NCBI GenBank assembly: GCA_035293105.1
Contig: DATDOV010000054.1
Span: 16,977-80,976 of the forward strand
Length of the DNA: 64,000 bases
Reading direction: 5' to 3'
DNA from: Blastocatellia bacterium
GTDB taxonomy: Bacteria > Acidobacteriota > Blastocatellia > UBA7656
Below, piece by piece: positions 38,518 to 49,242 of this stretch (the stretch's first letter is position 1; every line of letters begins with the position of its first letter). The position numbers and the translations under genes are program-made. Below the pieces are notes generated by a model. That model was not told the DNA's origin and did no database searches. It was given only the letters and a program-made list of their open reading frames with translations.

Positions 38518-39174
38518 TCAGCCCCCCGGCGTGTAATCAACCGACAGCAAATAGATCAACGGGAAGACGAACATCCACACCAGGTCGACGAAGTGCCAGT
38601 AGAGTCCGCTCACCTCGACGTCTTCGCTGGTGAACTTCTTGATGCGCGCCGCGATCACTCCCAGATAGCACACGCCCGAGAAGACGTGGAACATGTGAAG
38701 TCCGGTGATGCCGAAGAACGCGGCGCCGAACAACGGGGAGGCAGACGGCCATGTATCCAGCCACTTCGCGGGCAGTTCGGTAGGAAGCAGCCCTTCGTCG
38801 ATCAGGTGCTTCCACTCAAAGAGGTGCAGCACGACGAACGTCAAGCCGAACAGCATCGTTGCCGCGATCCATTTCCGCGCGGCGATCTTCCGGCCGTGCT
38901 TCGCTGCCGCGACGGCGAACACCATCGTCAAGCTGCTCGACAACAACACCAGCGTCATTATGCTCGAAAAGGTGATGCTGGGGCTGAATGGAAATGGTGT
39001 CGGCCACGCTTTGCTCGAGACGCGGACAAAGGCATACGCAACCAACAGCGAGCCGAACGTCAGCGAGTCCGACATTATGAACAGCCACATCCCCAGCTTT
39101 CTATGCCCAACGCGGTACGGGAGCGTGCCCCCGCTCCAATCCGATGCCAGACTTCCCGCTCTAGCTTCCGCCAT
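38518..39174 (-). CDS. ctaE: Cytochrome c oxidase subunit III
   Basis: GLYWHFVDLVWMFVFPLIYL signature; multi-TM. Confidence 0.85.
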   Translation of the reverse strand: MAEARAGSLASDWSGGTLPYRVGHRKLGMWLFIMSDSLTFGSLLVAYAFVRVSSKAWPTPFPFSPSITFSSIMTLVLLSSSLTMVFAVAAAKHGRKIAARKWIAATMLFGLTFVVLHLFEWKHLIDEGLLPTELPAKWLDTWPSASPLFGAAFFGITGLHMFHVFSGVCYLGVIAARIKKFTSEDVEVSGLYWHFVDLVWMFVFPLIYLLSVDYTPGG

Positions 39175-39198
39175 CGATCCACCTCCAGACGTATTAGC

Positions 39199-39891
39199 TC
39201 ACTTCCAGAAGAACAACAACAAAAACAAGTAAACCCACAGGCCGTCCATGAAATGCCAGTACATCGCGGTCACGTCCACGGCAACAGCCCGGCGCAGCCC
39301 GATCCGCAAGCGCAGCGCCGCCACTGTCACATAGGTCAGCGCCAAGACACCGCCAAGCACGTGCAGCCCGTGCAGGCTCGTCAACAGGTAGAAGAACGAG
39401 CTGTGCGGGTTAGTGCTGACGTAGATGCCCTGCGCCGCGAGTTGCCGCCACGCGACGATCTGACCCGCGAGGAAGCCGATTCCAAGCAGAGTCGTGAGCG
39501 ATAGCCAGCGCTTCACAGCGGCGTAATCACTTCGCTTCAGCGCCCGGCGAGACAGCTCGATCGTCAAGCTGCTCACTATCAACAGCGCGGTGTTCAGCCA
39601 CAGTACGGGCGGCAACTCGATGGTGATCCAATCAGCCGGCCGAGTTGCCGGCGTGCCTTGGCGCACGATATAGGCGCTGGTCAGCGCGACGAACAGCATC
39701 AGTATGCTCGCCAGCGCCGCCCACATCCCGATGCGGTATTTCTTTGGTTCAATCCTGTCGTCCCGAGTGATACCCGGGGGCCAGTCCTTGGGGCGCCCTG
39801 AACCGAAGGGATCGCTCCCGCCCGGCCCGGGCCCGGAGCTTCCCAATCCAGAGTTGGTCACCTTCAAGTCTGTTGTAGCCGTCGTCCCCAT
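39199..39891 (-). CDS. Second heme-copper oxidase subunit III-family protein
   Basis: C-terminal AMYWHFMDGLWVYLFLLLFFWK plus 5 TM. Confidence 0.7.
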   Translation of the reverse strand: MGTTATTDLKVTNSGLGSSGPGPGGSDPFGSGRPKDWPPGITRDDRIEPKKYRIGMWAALASILMLFVALTSAYIVRQGTPATRPADWITIELPPVLWLNTALLIVSSLTIELSRRALKRSDYAAVKRWLSLTTLLGIGFLAGQIVAWRQLAAQGIYVSTNPHSSFFYLLTSLHGLHVLGGVLALTYVTVAALRLRIGLRRAVAVDVTAMYWHFMDGLWVYLFLLLFFWK

Positions 39892-39983
39892 ATAATCTTC
39901 ATAAGGCCTGTGCCCCCATCGCAGCGACCTAAGGACTCAGCCCGTAAACCACAAACTACGAACCATAAACCACGAACCCTCTT

Positions 39984-41801
39984 TCAGTCCCCCGCCGCGG
40001 GCTCCGGGTCCGTCTGTTTGCAAAAATCGTTCGCCGCATTGGGAACGCTAAACTCATACGGTCCCCGATGAACGACCGGCTCGTGTCCCGCGAAGTTGTC
40101 GTGCGGCGGCGGCGAAGGAACCGTCCACTCGAGAGTCGTCGCCTCCCACGGGTTCTCTTCAGTCTCCTTCGGCCCCCTAGTCATGCTCCAAATCAGGTTG
40201 ACGAGGAATATCAACTGAGCACCGATAGTCACGAACGCCGCGTAAGAGATGAACTTCGTCAGTGGCGCCATTCCGCCCAGGTATTCGAGGTTCCCGTGCG
40301 TCGAGTAACGTCGCGGTGCGCCTTGCATCCCCATCACGTGGAATGGGATGAAGATCGCGTTGACGCCGATGAACGTCAGCCAGAAGTGAACCTTGCCCAT
40401 CGTCTCGTTGATCCGCTTGCCGAACATCTTAGAGAACCAGAAGTACGTTCCGGCGAAGATGCCGAAGATCGCGGCCACACCCATGATCAGGTGGAAGTGC
40501 CCGACGACGAAGTACGTATCGTGCAGCGGAATGTCAACCGAAGTCTGGCCCAAAAACAGACCGGTGATGCCGCCTGACACGAAAAGCGACACGAACCCAA
40601 CCGCAAACAGCATCGGCGTCGTGAAGCGAATCCGAGCGCCCCACAAGGTGCCGATCCAGTTGAAGGTCTTGATCGCCGAAGGAACGCCGATGCTCAGAGT
40701 GATCAGCGAGAACGCCACCGCCGTGCGCGGGTCCATCCCGCTCTGGAACATGTGGTGGCCCCAGACGAAGAAGCCCAGCAATCCGATCGCGAATATGGCG
40801 TAGATCATCACCCTGTAGCCGAAGACCGGCTTGCGGGCGAAGGTCGACAGGATGTGCGAAGTCAAACCCATGCCGGGAAGGATCGCGATGTAGACCTCCG
40901 GATGGCCGAAGTACCAGAACAGGTGCTGCCACAGGATCGGGGAACCTCCGGCGTGTTCGGTCAGCACATTGTCTTTGATGTACAGGTTCGCCGGGATGAA
41001 GAAGCTCGTTCCGGCGAGGTGGTCGAGCAGCAACAGAATGCCGGCCGCCAGCAGGACTGGAAACGACAGCAGCGCAAGCACCGCCGTCGTGAACCATGCC
41101 CAACAAGTCAGCGGCAGCCGCGCAAGCGACATCCCCTTAGTGCGCAGGTTCAGCATCGTCGTGATGAAGTTCAGCGCGCCCAATAGCGACGCGATGCAAA
41201 ACAGCGCGATGCTGGTCACCCACAAGACGACGCCGGTTCCCTGCCCCGGCCCCGCCGACTCGCCAATCGCGCTCAAGGGCGCGTATCCCGTCCAGCCGCC
41301 GATCGGGCCGAGCACCCCAATGGCCGCATCCGGGTCGATCATGTTCGCAAAGAAGGCCAGGATCATCACCGCCAGCGCGAGAAACGTGACCCAGAACGAC
41401 AGCATGTTCAGGACCGGGAACGCCATGTCGGCCGCGCCAATCTGAATCGGCAGAAAGTAATTGCCGAACCCGCCCTGCGGCGCCGTCGTCAGCACGAAAA
41501 AGACCATGATCGTCCCGTGCATCGTCACCAGCGACAGATAGAACTCGGGCGAGATGGTCCCGTTGGCGGCGGCATTTGGGAACAGTGTCTTCAGGAATCC
41601 GAACTGCTCGCCGGGCCAGCCAAGCTGCAACCGCATCAGCAGGGACAAAGCCATCCCGACAAAAACGGAAAACAATGCCAGGAACCAGTATTGAATGCCG
41701 ATGACTTTATGGTCGGTGCTGAACACGTAGCGGCGAATCCATCTCTTCGGCGGCTCGTGGCGGTGAACCCCGCCGTGAATCTCAGGAACAGTCTCTGCCA
41801 T
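39984..41801 (-). CDS. ctaD: Cytochrome c oxidase subunit I (heme-copper oxidase catalytic subunit)
   Basis: 605 aa, 12+ TM, conserved GHPEVYIAILPGMG, WGHHMF and HFHLIMG motifs. Confidence 0.93.
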   Translation of the reverse strand: MAETVPEIHGGVHRHEPPKRWIRRYVFSTDHKVIGIQYWFLALFSVFVGMALSLLMRLQLGWPGEQFGFLKTLFPNAAANGTISPEFYLSLVTMHGTIMVFFVLTTAPQGGFGNYFLPIQIGAADMAFPVLNMLSFWVTFLALAVMILAFFANMIDPDAAIGVLGPIGGWTGYAPLSAIGESAGPGQGTGVVLWVTSIALFCIASLLGALNFITTMLNLRTKGMSLARLPLTCWAWFTTAVLALLSFPVLLAAGILLLLDHLAGTSFFIPANLYIKDNVLTEHAGGSPILWQHLFWYFGHPEVYIAILPGMGLTSHILSTFARKPVFGYRVMIYAIFAIGLLGFFVWGHHMFQSGMDPRTAVAFSLITLSIGVPSAIKTFNWIGTLWGARIRFTTPMLFAVGFVSLFVSGGITGLFLGQTSVDIPLHDTYFVVGHFHLIMGVAAIFGIFAGTYFWFSKMFGKRINETMGKVHFWLTFIGVNAIFIPFHVMGMQGAPRRYSTHGNLEYLGGMAPLTKFISYAAFVTIGAQLIFLVNLIWSMTRGPKETEENPWEATTLEWTVPSPPPHDNFAGHEPVVHRGPYEFSVPNAANDFCKQTDPEPAAGD

Positions 41802-41810
41802 CGTCGTCTC

Positions 41811-42866
41811 CTAGTTAGTCTGTGTCTGCTCTTCGTTAGCTCGCTTCTGCTCCTCGGGCAGCTTGTACTCCTTAAGCAACTCGCCCAGCCTCTCCTTGAA
41901 TGCCTCTTCCTTCATGGCGGCCAGTTCTTCGTATTGGTTCTGCGGCAGCACGAGCATAAACGTCTTCATGTTGTAATGAAGCTGGCCGCACAGCTCGGCG
42001 CACGTGACCTCGTACTTTCCGACCTTCTGCGCGGTGAAGTGAACCTTGATGTTTAGTCCCGGAACCGCGTCCTGCTTAAAACGCAGCGCCGGCGCGAAGA
42101 AGCTGTGAATCACGTCCTTCGACTTCAGCGTGAGTTCCACGGGCCGGTCGACGGGTATCGCTAGCGTTGATACCTGTGTATCGTCGTTGCCTTGCGCGTC
42201 GGCTGGGTCGAGACCCACATAGTTCAGTGATGAATCGTTGATGAATCTGGCTTCGGTCCGGCCGAACGTCTTGTCGGCGCCCGAATAGTGGAAGTTCCAT
42301 TGGAACTGCTGGGCGACGACCTCGATTTTTTCCGCGCCCTCCGGCGCCTCATTGAGGTGCAACTGAGCCCAGACCCGCTGGCCCAGAATCGCTGTGCCGA
42401 TGAATATCACCGCGGTTATGAGCGTCCAGGTGACCTCAAGCTTCGTATTGCCATGCGAGTAGACCGCGCGCTCCTTGCCGCGGCTGCCATAGCGCATCAC
42501 AACATACCCGAGGGCAACCTGCGCGCCGATGAAAGCAACCGCGACCACGACGAGCGTGCGGGTGAATTGCGCATCGAGCTCAGGCGCAAACGACGAGATC
42601 CCTTCAGGCCACCACCACCACTTGCCGACGAACAGCACAGCCGTCGCGACCGCCAGGAAAATCAGTAGTACGCCAAGACCGTGCCCCGGCTTGCCTAAAG
42701 CGAACACGCTAAACACGATGTACTGGCATATCAGAAAAACCGCCCCGGCCATCAAGAAGTAGATGCCCGAGGGGCGGAACGATGAAAGAAACCAGATGTA
42801 CAGCCCCGCCAGTCCGAGTGACAGAATTCCGCCCGTTACGTCGCGTGCGGTATTGCGTTTGCCCAT
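41811..42866 (-). CDS. ctaC: Cytochrome c oxidase subunit II (CuA), no fused cytochrome c domain
   Basis: CuA site HSFFAPA...CAELCGQLHYNM. N-terminal TM helices. No CxxCH, so an aa3 type. Confidence 0.85.
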   Translation of the reverse strand: MGKRNTARDVTGGILSLGLAGLYIWFLSSFRPSGIYFLMAGAVFLICQYIVFSVFALGKPGHGLGVLLIFLAVATAVLFVGKWWWWPEGISSFAPELDAQFTRTLVVVAVAFIGAQVALGYVVMRYGSRGKERAVYSHGNTKLEVTWTLITAVIFIGTAILGQRVWAQLHLNEAPEGAEKIEVVAQQFQWNFHYSGADKTFGRTEARFINDSSLNYVGLDPADAQGNDDTQVSTLAIPVDRPVELTLKSKDVIHSFFAPALRFKQDAVPGLNIKVHFTAQKVGKYEVTCAELCGQLHYNMKTFMLVLPQNQYEELAAMKEEAFKERLGELLKEYKLPEEQKRANEEQTQTN

Positions 42867-42929
42867 ATCTCTCCTCCCGGTTCCCTGTTCCCGGAGTCAG
42901 ACGCCGGACACGCAGGAACCGCTAGCCGT

Positions 42930-43853
42930 TCACCGGCCGAATACCATCAGTGCAAAAAGCGCCGGCAAGTACAACACCGAAGCCAACAACAGCCGCCGCG
43001 CTTGCCACGTCGATTTTCCAAACGCGGCGCGCGCGCTGAAATACAAAAAACCGATTCCCAATACAACCGCGCCGGCGAGATAAACCCATCCCGCGAGGTG
43101 CACCGCCGTCGGAAGCAGGCTCACGGGTAACAGCAACAGCGTGTAGATCAGTATCTGCTGACCAGTGACTCGACCCTCGGGCTCGACCACAGGCAACATC
43201 TTGATCCCCGCGCGCGCATAGTCGTCCCGGTACATCCACGCGATAGCGAGAAAGTGCGGAAACTGCCACAGGAACAGAATCGCGAACAGGACCCACGCCT
43301 CGAGGTCGAGCGTGCCTCGCGCCGCAACCCACCCGATGAGCGGCGGCATCGCGCCAGGGAACGCTCCGAGCACGGTCGAGATCGTCGTCCTCGTCTTCAG
43401 CGGCGTGTAGAGGAACAGATAACTGGCGAAGGTCAGCACGCCCAACAGCGCCGTGAGCCAATTCACCAACAAGCCCAAATACAATGTCGCGACCACCGAC
43501 AGCAACAGTCCAAAAACGAGCGCGTGAGCCGCCCTCAGTCTTCCCGAAGGCAGCGGCCTCGACTCCGTGCGGCGCATCAGCCGGTCCAGGTCTCTCTCAA
43601 GGTACTGATTCAGAGTCGAGATGCCTGACGACAACAACGCGATCCCGACCGCGGCGTACAACAGCCGCGCGAAATCGATTGACTGCGTCGATCCCAAACA
43701 GAACCCGGCGGCCGCCGTGAGCACCACCAGCGTCGTGATCCTCGGCTTGGTCAACTCGACGTACGCGCCGATCTGTTTCGCAATCCGAGGACGGCCGCCC
43801 GCCTCGGCGCCGATGTTATTCTCAGCCGTAACTCTTTCCACGAATGTTCCCAT
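42930..43853 (-). CDS. ctaB: Protoheme IX farnesyltransferase (heme O synthase)
   Basis: UbiA-family motifs NQYLERDLDRLMRRT and GAFPGAMPPLIGW; 307 aa. Confidence 0.88.
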   Translation of the reverse strand: MGTFVERVTAENNIGAEAGGRPRIAKQIGAYVELTKPRITTLVVLTAAAGFCLGSTQSIDFARLLYAAVGIALLSSGISTLNQYLERDLDRLMRRTESRPLPSGRLRAAHALVFGLLLSVVATLYLGLLVNWLTALLGVLTFASYLFLYTPLKTRTTISTVLGAFPGAMPPLIGWVAARGTLDLEAWVLFAILFLWQFPHFLAIAWMYRDDYARAGIKMLPVVEPEGRVTGQQILIYTLLLLPVSLLPTAVHLAGWVYLAGAVVLGIGFLYFSARAAFGKSTWQARRLLLASVLYLPALFALMVFGR

Positions 43854-43869
43854 CTTCTTAATGCCGTTT

Positions 43870-44841
43870 CTAGACTGTCACTCCCTGCGCTTCTGACGGG
43901 CTCACTTTCCGCGTGCCATCTTCGGCGGTCTTCGCGACCGGCAAGAGCAGCCGTCCCGCTCGCAGCGTCAGGACTAACATCGTCGCAAGCGTGAGCGCGC
44001 CGACGACGAGATGCGCCGCCGTCAACGAGATCATCGGCTCGAGCGGCTGAGGGTCGCCCTGCGATGCCACGCGAGCGAGATACGCGCCGACTCCCAAACA
44101 AAGTTGAATGAACACCAGCCCGATTCCGACGACCGCCGGCCGCCGCAGCGACGCGATGTCACCATGCCGCCGGATCGCGATCGACGAGGTCCACACGACG
44201 ACTACCGTCACCGCAACGGCGCCGACTATGTGAGGAACTATTCCAAATGCCTGATGGCGGAACGCCGCGCCGAGCACCAACTGAATCAGGACGGCTCCGA
44301 CCGAGATCGTCGAGAGGCCCCGCAGCGACGGACTGCCCGCGTCACTCTTGATCGCTCGCGCGGCGATCCAATTTCGCGACGTGAAGACTACGACGCTCAC
44401 GACCAGCCCGAAAAAGCTCTGAGCGATCAGCGCGTGTGGAACTGCGATGAGCGGTTTGTAAGCCGGAAGCAGAACACGCACGCCGCCGATGAGAGCCTGG
44501 GCTACAACGCCGGCGAACATCACTAGCGCCAGCCTGCGCATCCACGGGCGCCCGTCTCGCAACCAGATCCAGACCGCGAGCAGAAAAGTCGTGACCCCCA
44601 CAATGCCGGCCAGGAACCGGTGCGAGTATTCGTAGCGCACGTTCGCGACGAAGTTATCGGAGTGAATCAGCCAGCGCCCGAATGACAATGGCCAATCGGG
44701 AACCGAATCACCCGCGTCGTTGCTGGTGACCAGTGCGCCGGCCACCAGCAAGATCAAGGTCAAACCCGACAGATGAATAGCCAGGCCATGAATACCACGG
44801 TTGCGGGTCGGCCCGGATTGGACATCGTCTCGATCTCTCAA
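43870..44841 (-). CDS. ctaA: Heme A synthase (COX15/CtaA family)
   Basis: 8-TM protein with conserved His (YEYSHRFLAG, AVPHALIAQS, AAFRHQAFGIVPHIVGA). Confidence 0.78.
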   Translation of the reverse strand: MRDRDDVQSGPTRNRGIHGLAIHLSGLTLILLVAGALVTSNDAGDSVPDWPLSFGRWLIHSDNFVANVRYEYSHRFLAGIVGVTTFLLAVWIWLRDGRPWMRRLALVMFAGVVAQALIGGVRVLLPAYKPLIAVPHALIAQSFFGLVVSVVVFTSRNWIAARAIKSDAGSPSLRGLSTISVGAVLIQLVLGAAFRHQAFGIVPHIVGAVAVTVVVVWTSSIAIRRHGDIASLRRPAVVGIGLVFIQLCLGVGAYLARVASQGDPQPLEPMISLTAAHLVVGALTLATMLVLTLRAGRLLLPVAKTAEDGTRKVSPSEAQGVTV

Positions 44842-44907
44842 TCGTCTCTCCTGACGGCCGGCGCGAGTATGCTCGCCGGTCGCGACATCAACGCTGCGGC
44901 TCGCGCG

Positions 44908-45735
44908 CTAGGGCAACACGAGTGCCGGCTGAATCTCCAGCGACGACGGCGCGTATGCCGTTCCCACCTTGAAGGTGAAGTCCTGGGTCTTCGATTCCTT
45001 GGCGCCCACCGTGACGCTCATCGTCTGCTCGCCGAAGGTCTCGTGCCAGGCCACGACGGTGTACGTGCCGGGAGGAACTCCCTTGATCGTGTACGAGCCA
45101 TCCTGAGCGGTGACGGCGAAGTACGGATGAGCGAGAACGCCGACGTGCGCTTTCATCCAGGGGTGCTGGTTGCATTTGACCGGAACCAGCGTCTCCTGCC
45201 GCAGGAACTTCTCCTCGATCGCCGCCTGACCTTGTGTCTGAGACTGGTTCCACTCCCTGTTGACCTTAGGCGTCGGGTGGACGTTATGAGTGGTGGGATC
45301 GCTGTTGGTGACCCTGAATGCCTGGTTGACCTGAATGCCCATCACTCGCGGATGATACCGGCAGCCTTGCTGATCGAGCGTCACTGGCGAAGACGGCGTG
45401 GGGTAGCTGTACCCGTCGATCTTCCCGCCTTTGACGTACACGAACACATTCGCGAGCTTGCCGTCCGCAACTTGAACATCATCGGTCATGCTGCTCCCGC
45501 CTGCTTTGGCGCAGTTGGAGTCCTGGCTCATATCAATTCTCTTTGAGGCCGGCGGTGTTCCGTCGAACTTAACGATGCCCTTGACGGTTGCTTCATCGCC
45601 GGTCTCCTTGTACGGGGTTCTTGCTGCTTCGTCCGCCGCCTTCTTCTTATCCTTGTCCTTACCTCCATTGCAGGCGGCAAATAAGAACGCGGATAAGATT
45701 AGCGCCATCCACACTGAGATCGTTTTCCTGCACAT
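44908..45735 (-). CDS. Lipoprotein with a carboxypeptidase-regulatory-like beta-sandwich domain, embedded in the respiratory operon
   Basis: Lipobox LSAFLFAAC. C-terminal DGSYTIKGVPPGTYTVVAWHE. The start is placed at the internal ATG at 45735. Confidence 0.55.
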   Translation of the reverse strand: MCRKTISVWMALILSAFLFAACNGGKDKDKKKAADEAARTPYKETGDEATVKGIVKFDGTPPASKRIDMSQDSNCAKAGGSSMTDDVQVADGKLANVFVYVKGGKIDGYSYPTPSSPVTLDQQGCRYHPRVMGIQVNQAFRVTNSDPTTHNVHPTPKVNREWNQSQTQGQAAIEEKFLRQETLVPVKCNQHPWMKAHVGVLAHPYFAVTAQDGSYTIKGVPPGTYTVVAWHETFGEQTMSVTVGAKESKTQDFTFKVGTAYAPSSLEIQPALVLP

Positions 45736-45867
45736 ATTTTCTTCTCCGTTGGCCTCCTCCGCTCGTCCCTCCGAGCAGGAAGCAGATAATTGAACGTATG
45801 AGTCTGTCACCTTCCGTGTGCCGCGACTGCGCACCAACTAACCCGTGCGAAGTTCGGCTCACGTCGC

Positions 45868-48800
45868 CTAGGGCGCTCGAGCAGCCGCGACCGCCGTGGT
45901 TCGACTGCCGCCCCACCGCCACTTCGAGTTTCGTACCGCCGATGTGCTGGTCGCGCCTCCTGTCACCGAAGCGCCTCCTCCGCCGGCTCCGACCAATCGC
46001 CGCTGTTCCTCGGCCGTGATCTGGAACATGTAGCGCACGAGCAACGACACGTGGTCTCTGTCGTAGGCCTGGAACGCCGGCGTGTTGATACCGTTTATCA
46101 CCCAGCGGCCGTGGACAGAATCCCGATTGAACAAGCCCGACGGCATCGAAGTCCCCGGGCTGATCAACTGAGGCTCGACGACCCAGCGCCGGGTCCAGGC
46201 GGGCTTGAGCCGCTCACGCGCAAGCAGGAAGTTGGGCGCAGTCGCCCGAACGTCGCGCACCGGATCGCCGGTCATATGGCACTTCAAGCAAGGCGCCGCC
46301 GGCGACGTGAATATCGCGCGAGCGAGGTTCTTCTCCTGCTCGGTCAACGGATCGAGCCGTTCCGGTATGTAAGGCTGCTGCTGCGACGACGCGCCCATGA
46401 AGAAGTTCACCAGCGCCTGAAGCTCGTTTGGCGAAAAGTCGAACGTCGGCATTCGAAGCCTCAAGTACGTCCGAACTCCGTTGCGATTGGCCCCAGGCTG
46501 CGCGCCCAGCGAGGTATTCGCGGCGCCACCCGTTTGATTGCCGGTCAGGTGAGCCACGGCTGCTGCCCTCGCGCTTTCCCGCGGTTGGCCTCCAGCGAGC
46601 GACGGGTCCTTCAAGAAGCGCAGCAACCAATTCGGATCGACCCTCGCGCCTTCACTGGTCAGCCGCGGCGGCAACTGTTCGCGGTCGTCCTGACTCTGGT
46701 ACATCGGAAGACCCATCATCACCGAGTCCTGGCCGATCAGTACATTGTGGCATCCCATGCAGTTGTACTTCTGAACCACCCACCATCCGTCTTGAACTAA
46801 CTTCTTGCCGCCGCTGGGATTCCAGCGAATCGGGTCCGGGATCGAGGCGGTCACGCTGCCAAGCAGGAAGGTCGTCAGTGCGGTGATTTCCTCATCCTGA
46901 AGGTAGATGTTCGGCATCCGCAACCGCTCTTCGGGAGTTTTCTCTTTGCCGCGATCGTAGATTCCGGGATTGCGGAGCTTGTTTTCGAAGAAGCCCTTGT
47001 GGTTGTACCACGAGCGGCCGATGTCTTCGTTTGTGTACGGATCGACGCCTTTCTTCGCCGGCTCGGTCAGCAGAGCGAAGTCGAGCCGCTCGATGGGCTT
47101 GCTTCCTTCGGGCGTCAGTTCGGTGCCGATTCGCTGCTCGTCCTCGAGCCCGCGAATCTCGTGGCACGACGCGCAGCCATAAGCCTTCACCAGCTTCTCG
47201 CCCTTCTCCTTCAACCCCGGATCGTCGAGGAACGACGCTTCTGGATAGGGCGACGCTACGCGCTTGAGCGAAGTCAGGAACGTCGCGATGTCTCGCGCAT
47301 CCTGATCCGATAGCCGGAAGTTCGGCATCACGGTCATGTTCTGGACCAGAAGCTCGCGGCCATCGAGGGGGCTCTTCGAATGCGCGTCGTCGAAGACGAA
47401 GGGCAATCCCTTCTTCGCGTAATCGGCGGCGGTGAGGTCGCGCTTGACGCTGGGCGAATAGGGCGCAAGCCGCTGACGCGGATTGTGGACCCAGCGAACT
47501 ATGTACTCGTAGTTGGCCTTTTCGCCGAGCCGCGAGAGGTTGGCCGCGAAGGTGCCTCCGATCGCCTCGTCACCCAACCCGATCAGCTTGCCGTCGATCG
47601 AGTGGCACGCGAGACAGCCGATCGTCTTGAACAGATCTCTTCCCCGTTCGGCGTTGCCTTGCGGCTGTTGAGGGAGTTTCGCGTCGAGCGCGTTTTGCCA
47701 GATGAACGCGGCGACCGCTTTGATCTCCTCGTCATCAAGCCGGAAGGTGGGCATCTTCGTGCCGGGCCGGAAAGCTTGCGGGTCGCGAAGCCAGATGGGA
47801 AGCCATTCTCTCTTGAGCTTGGCCTTGATCTCCTTGAGGTTCGGCCCGACTTTCTTCACGTCGAGCATCAGGTACTTGGACTGGGTGTCGAACTCGTCTA
47901 TGCGGGCGTCGATCTGGCTGATGATCTGGCGCAGGGCGTTTGCGCGCGCGAGCAGTTGCTGAGCCTCGGCATCGGTCCTCGCGGTAGCGGCAGACTCGGT
48001 CACCTCCTGAATTTCACGCAGGCGTTCCCTTCGGTCCATCTCCAGTTGCTTGACGGTCTGCCGCGAGCCGGCGAGCGCCTCGGACTCGCGGTCGAATCCC
48101 TCATAGCGATGGCAGCCGGTGCATCCGCGGTTCTGGAAGAGGTCTTTGCCGCGGTTGAGCGCGTCGGCGCCGAACGTCACGCGGTCACGGTTGTGGCACT
48201 GATTGCAGCCGGCTTGAACATTCTCCTTGTAGTAGAGCGGCCACAGCCAGTGTTTGTATCGCCCGTGAGCCTTCTCCGTAGACGTCGTGCCGCGTCCGTT
48301 GCCGCCGTGGCACAGCGAGCAGCCGAACCTCTCCGGGTCGTGCGTTTTCAGCAAGTCCCGGCTTGGATGCGAGACAAAGGCGGCTTCGTCGTCCATCGCG
48401 GCGGCGTTTATCTTGATCGGTTCGCGAGTTCCGAGATGACACGACTCACAGCGATCGATGACCGCGCTGTTGGCGACGTTGATCTGGCGGATCTTCAACT
48501 CAAACTTCTTCACGCCCTCTCTCGTATGCTCGACCTGTTGTCCGGTCAAGCCAATGAGGTGGTCTTGCATGAAGTCTTCGAGTTGCTTGCGGGCTTCATT
48601 CGCGGGCCGGCTCTTCTCGATGAACTCGGCGGTGAGTTTTGCTTTTTCGTCTCTCAGGTCGTTATAGAGGACGGAGAGTTCATCGAAGTTCATCCGCTGG
48701 GTGGCGAGATTCCCGCTATCGTCGTGCATCGAGACCGTCACGGTCTCCTTTTTTATTTCGTCGATAGCCTTTCGAAGCCTGGCTTTACCGCTTTCGCTTT

Positions 48801-49242
48801 CCGTTGTCTCCAACTCGTAGGTCTTGGCGGCGATCTTCGCGCGAGTGTCCTGGAAGCGTTCCTTGATGTCGGCGATCTTCCGGTCAATCTGATTCGTCCG
48901 TGACTGAATCTCCCGGATTCGCGCTTTGGCTTCTTCTTCCGCGTCCGTCAGCGCATTGGCGAGTTGTTGGTACTCGGCCAGTTCCTTCACGCGTTCCTCG
49001 GCGGTCTTCTGTCCGGGTTGAATCTCCTCAAGGTAGGCCGAGTAAAGCTCGGCGAACCGGCGCTGGTAGTCCCTCCAGGGACGCTGGCCGAAAATCTCGT
49101 CATACAACGACCACAGGAGCGTGCCGATCAACAGCAAAGAAAAGAGTAGCAAGGGCCCGCTCATCGAGCGGTCGGCAATCGGATCAGGCTCTGCGCTCTC
49201 GGCCCTCTTCTCCAACTGCTCGCGTCCTTCACTGTCTGCCAT
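45868..49242 (-). CDS. Membrane-anchored octaheme c-type cytochrome with a long N-terminal coiled coil (bc-complex cytochrome c subunit)
   Basis: TM LLLFSLLLIGTLLWSLY, then a ~250-aa heptad-rich segment. Eight CxxCH motifs: CESCH, CSLCH, CNQCH, CTGCH, CLACH, CASCH, CMGCH, CLKCH. 1124 aa. Confidence 0.85.
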   Translation of the reverse strand: MADSEGREQLEKRAESAEPDPIADRSMSGPLLLFSLLLIGTLLWSLYDEIFGQRPWRDYQRRFAELYSAYLEEIQPGQKTAEERVKELAEYQQLANALTDAEEEAKARIREIQSRTNQIDRKIADIKERFQDTRAKIAAKTYELETTESESGKARLRKAIDEIKKETVTVSMHDDSGNLATQRMNFDELSVLYNDLRDEKAKLTAEFIEKSRPANEARKQLEDFMQDHLIGLTGQQVEHTREGVKKFELKIRQINVANSAVIDRCESCHLGTREPIKINAAAMDDEAAFVSHPSRDLLKTHDPERFGCSLCHGGNGRGTTSTEKAHGRYKHWLWPLYYKENVQAGCNQCHNRDRVTFGADALNRGKDLFQNRGCTGCHRYEGFDRESEALAGSRQTVKQLEMDRRERLREIQEVTESAATARTDAEAQQLLARANALRQIISQIDARIDEFDTQSKYLMLDVKKVGPNLKEIKAKLKREWLPIWLRDPQAFRPGTKMPTFRLDDEEIKAVAAFIWQNALDAKLPQQPQGNAERGRDLFKTIGCLACHSIDGKLIGLGDEAIGGTFAANLSRLGEKANYEYIVRWVHNPRQRLAPYSPSVKRDLTAADYAKKGLPFVFDDAHSKSPLDGRELLVQNMTVMPNFRLSDQDARDIATFLTSLKRVASPYPEASFLDDPGLKEKGEKLVKAYGCASCHEIRGLEDEQRIGTELTPEGSKPIERLDFALLTEPAKKGVDPYTNEDIGRSWYNHKGFFENKLRNPGIYDRGKEKTPEERLRMPNIYLQDEEITALTTFLLGSVTASIPDPIRWNPSGGKKLVQDGWWVVQKYNCMGCHNVLIGQDSVMMGLPMYQSQDDREQLPPRLTSEGARVDPNWLLRFLKDPSLAGGQPRESARAAAVAHLTGNQTGGAANTSLGAQPGANRNGVRTYLRLRMPTFDFSPNELQALVNFFMGASSQQQPYIPERLDPLTEQEKNLARAIFTSPAAPCLKCHMTGDPVRDVRATAPNFLLARERLKPAWTRRWVVEPQLISPGTSMPSGLFNRDSVHGRWVINGINTPAFQAYDRDHVSLLVRYMFQITAEEQRRLVGAGGGGASVTGGATSTSAVRNSKWRWGGSRTTAVAAARAP

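Noticed and set aside
47380-48903. 507-aa plus-strand ORF inside the octaheme cytochrome gene
   Set aside because: Antisense shadow. The opposite strand carries eight CxxCH motifs.
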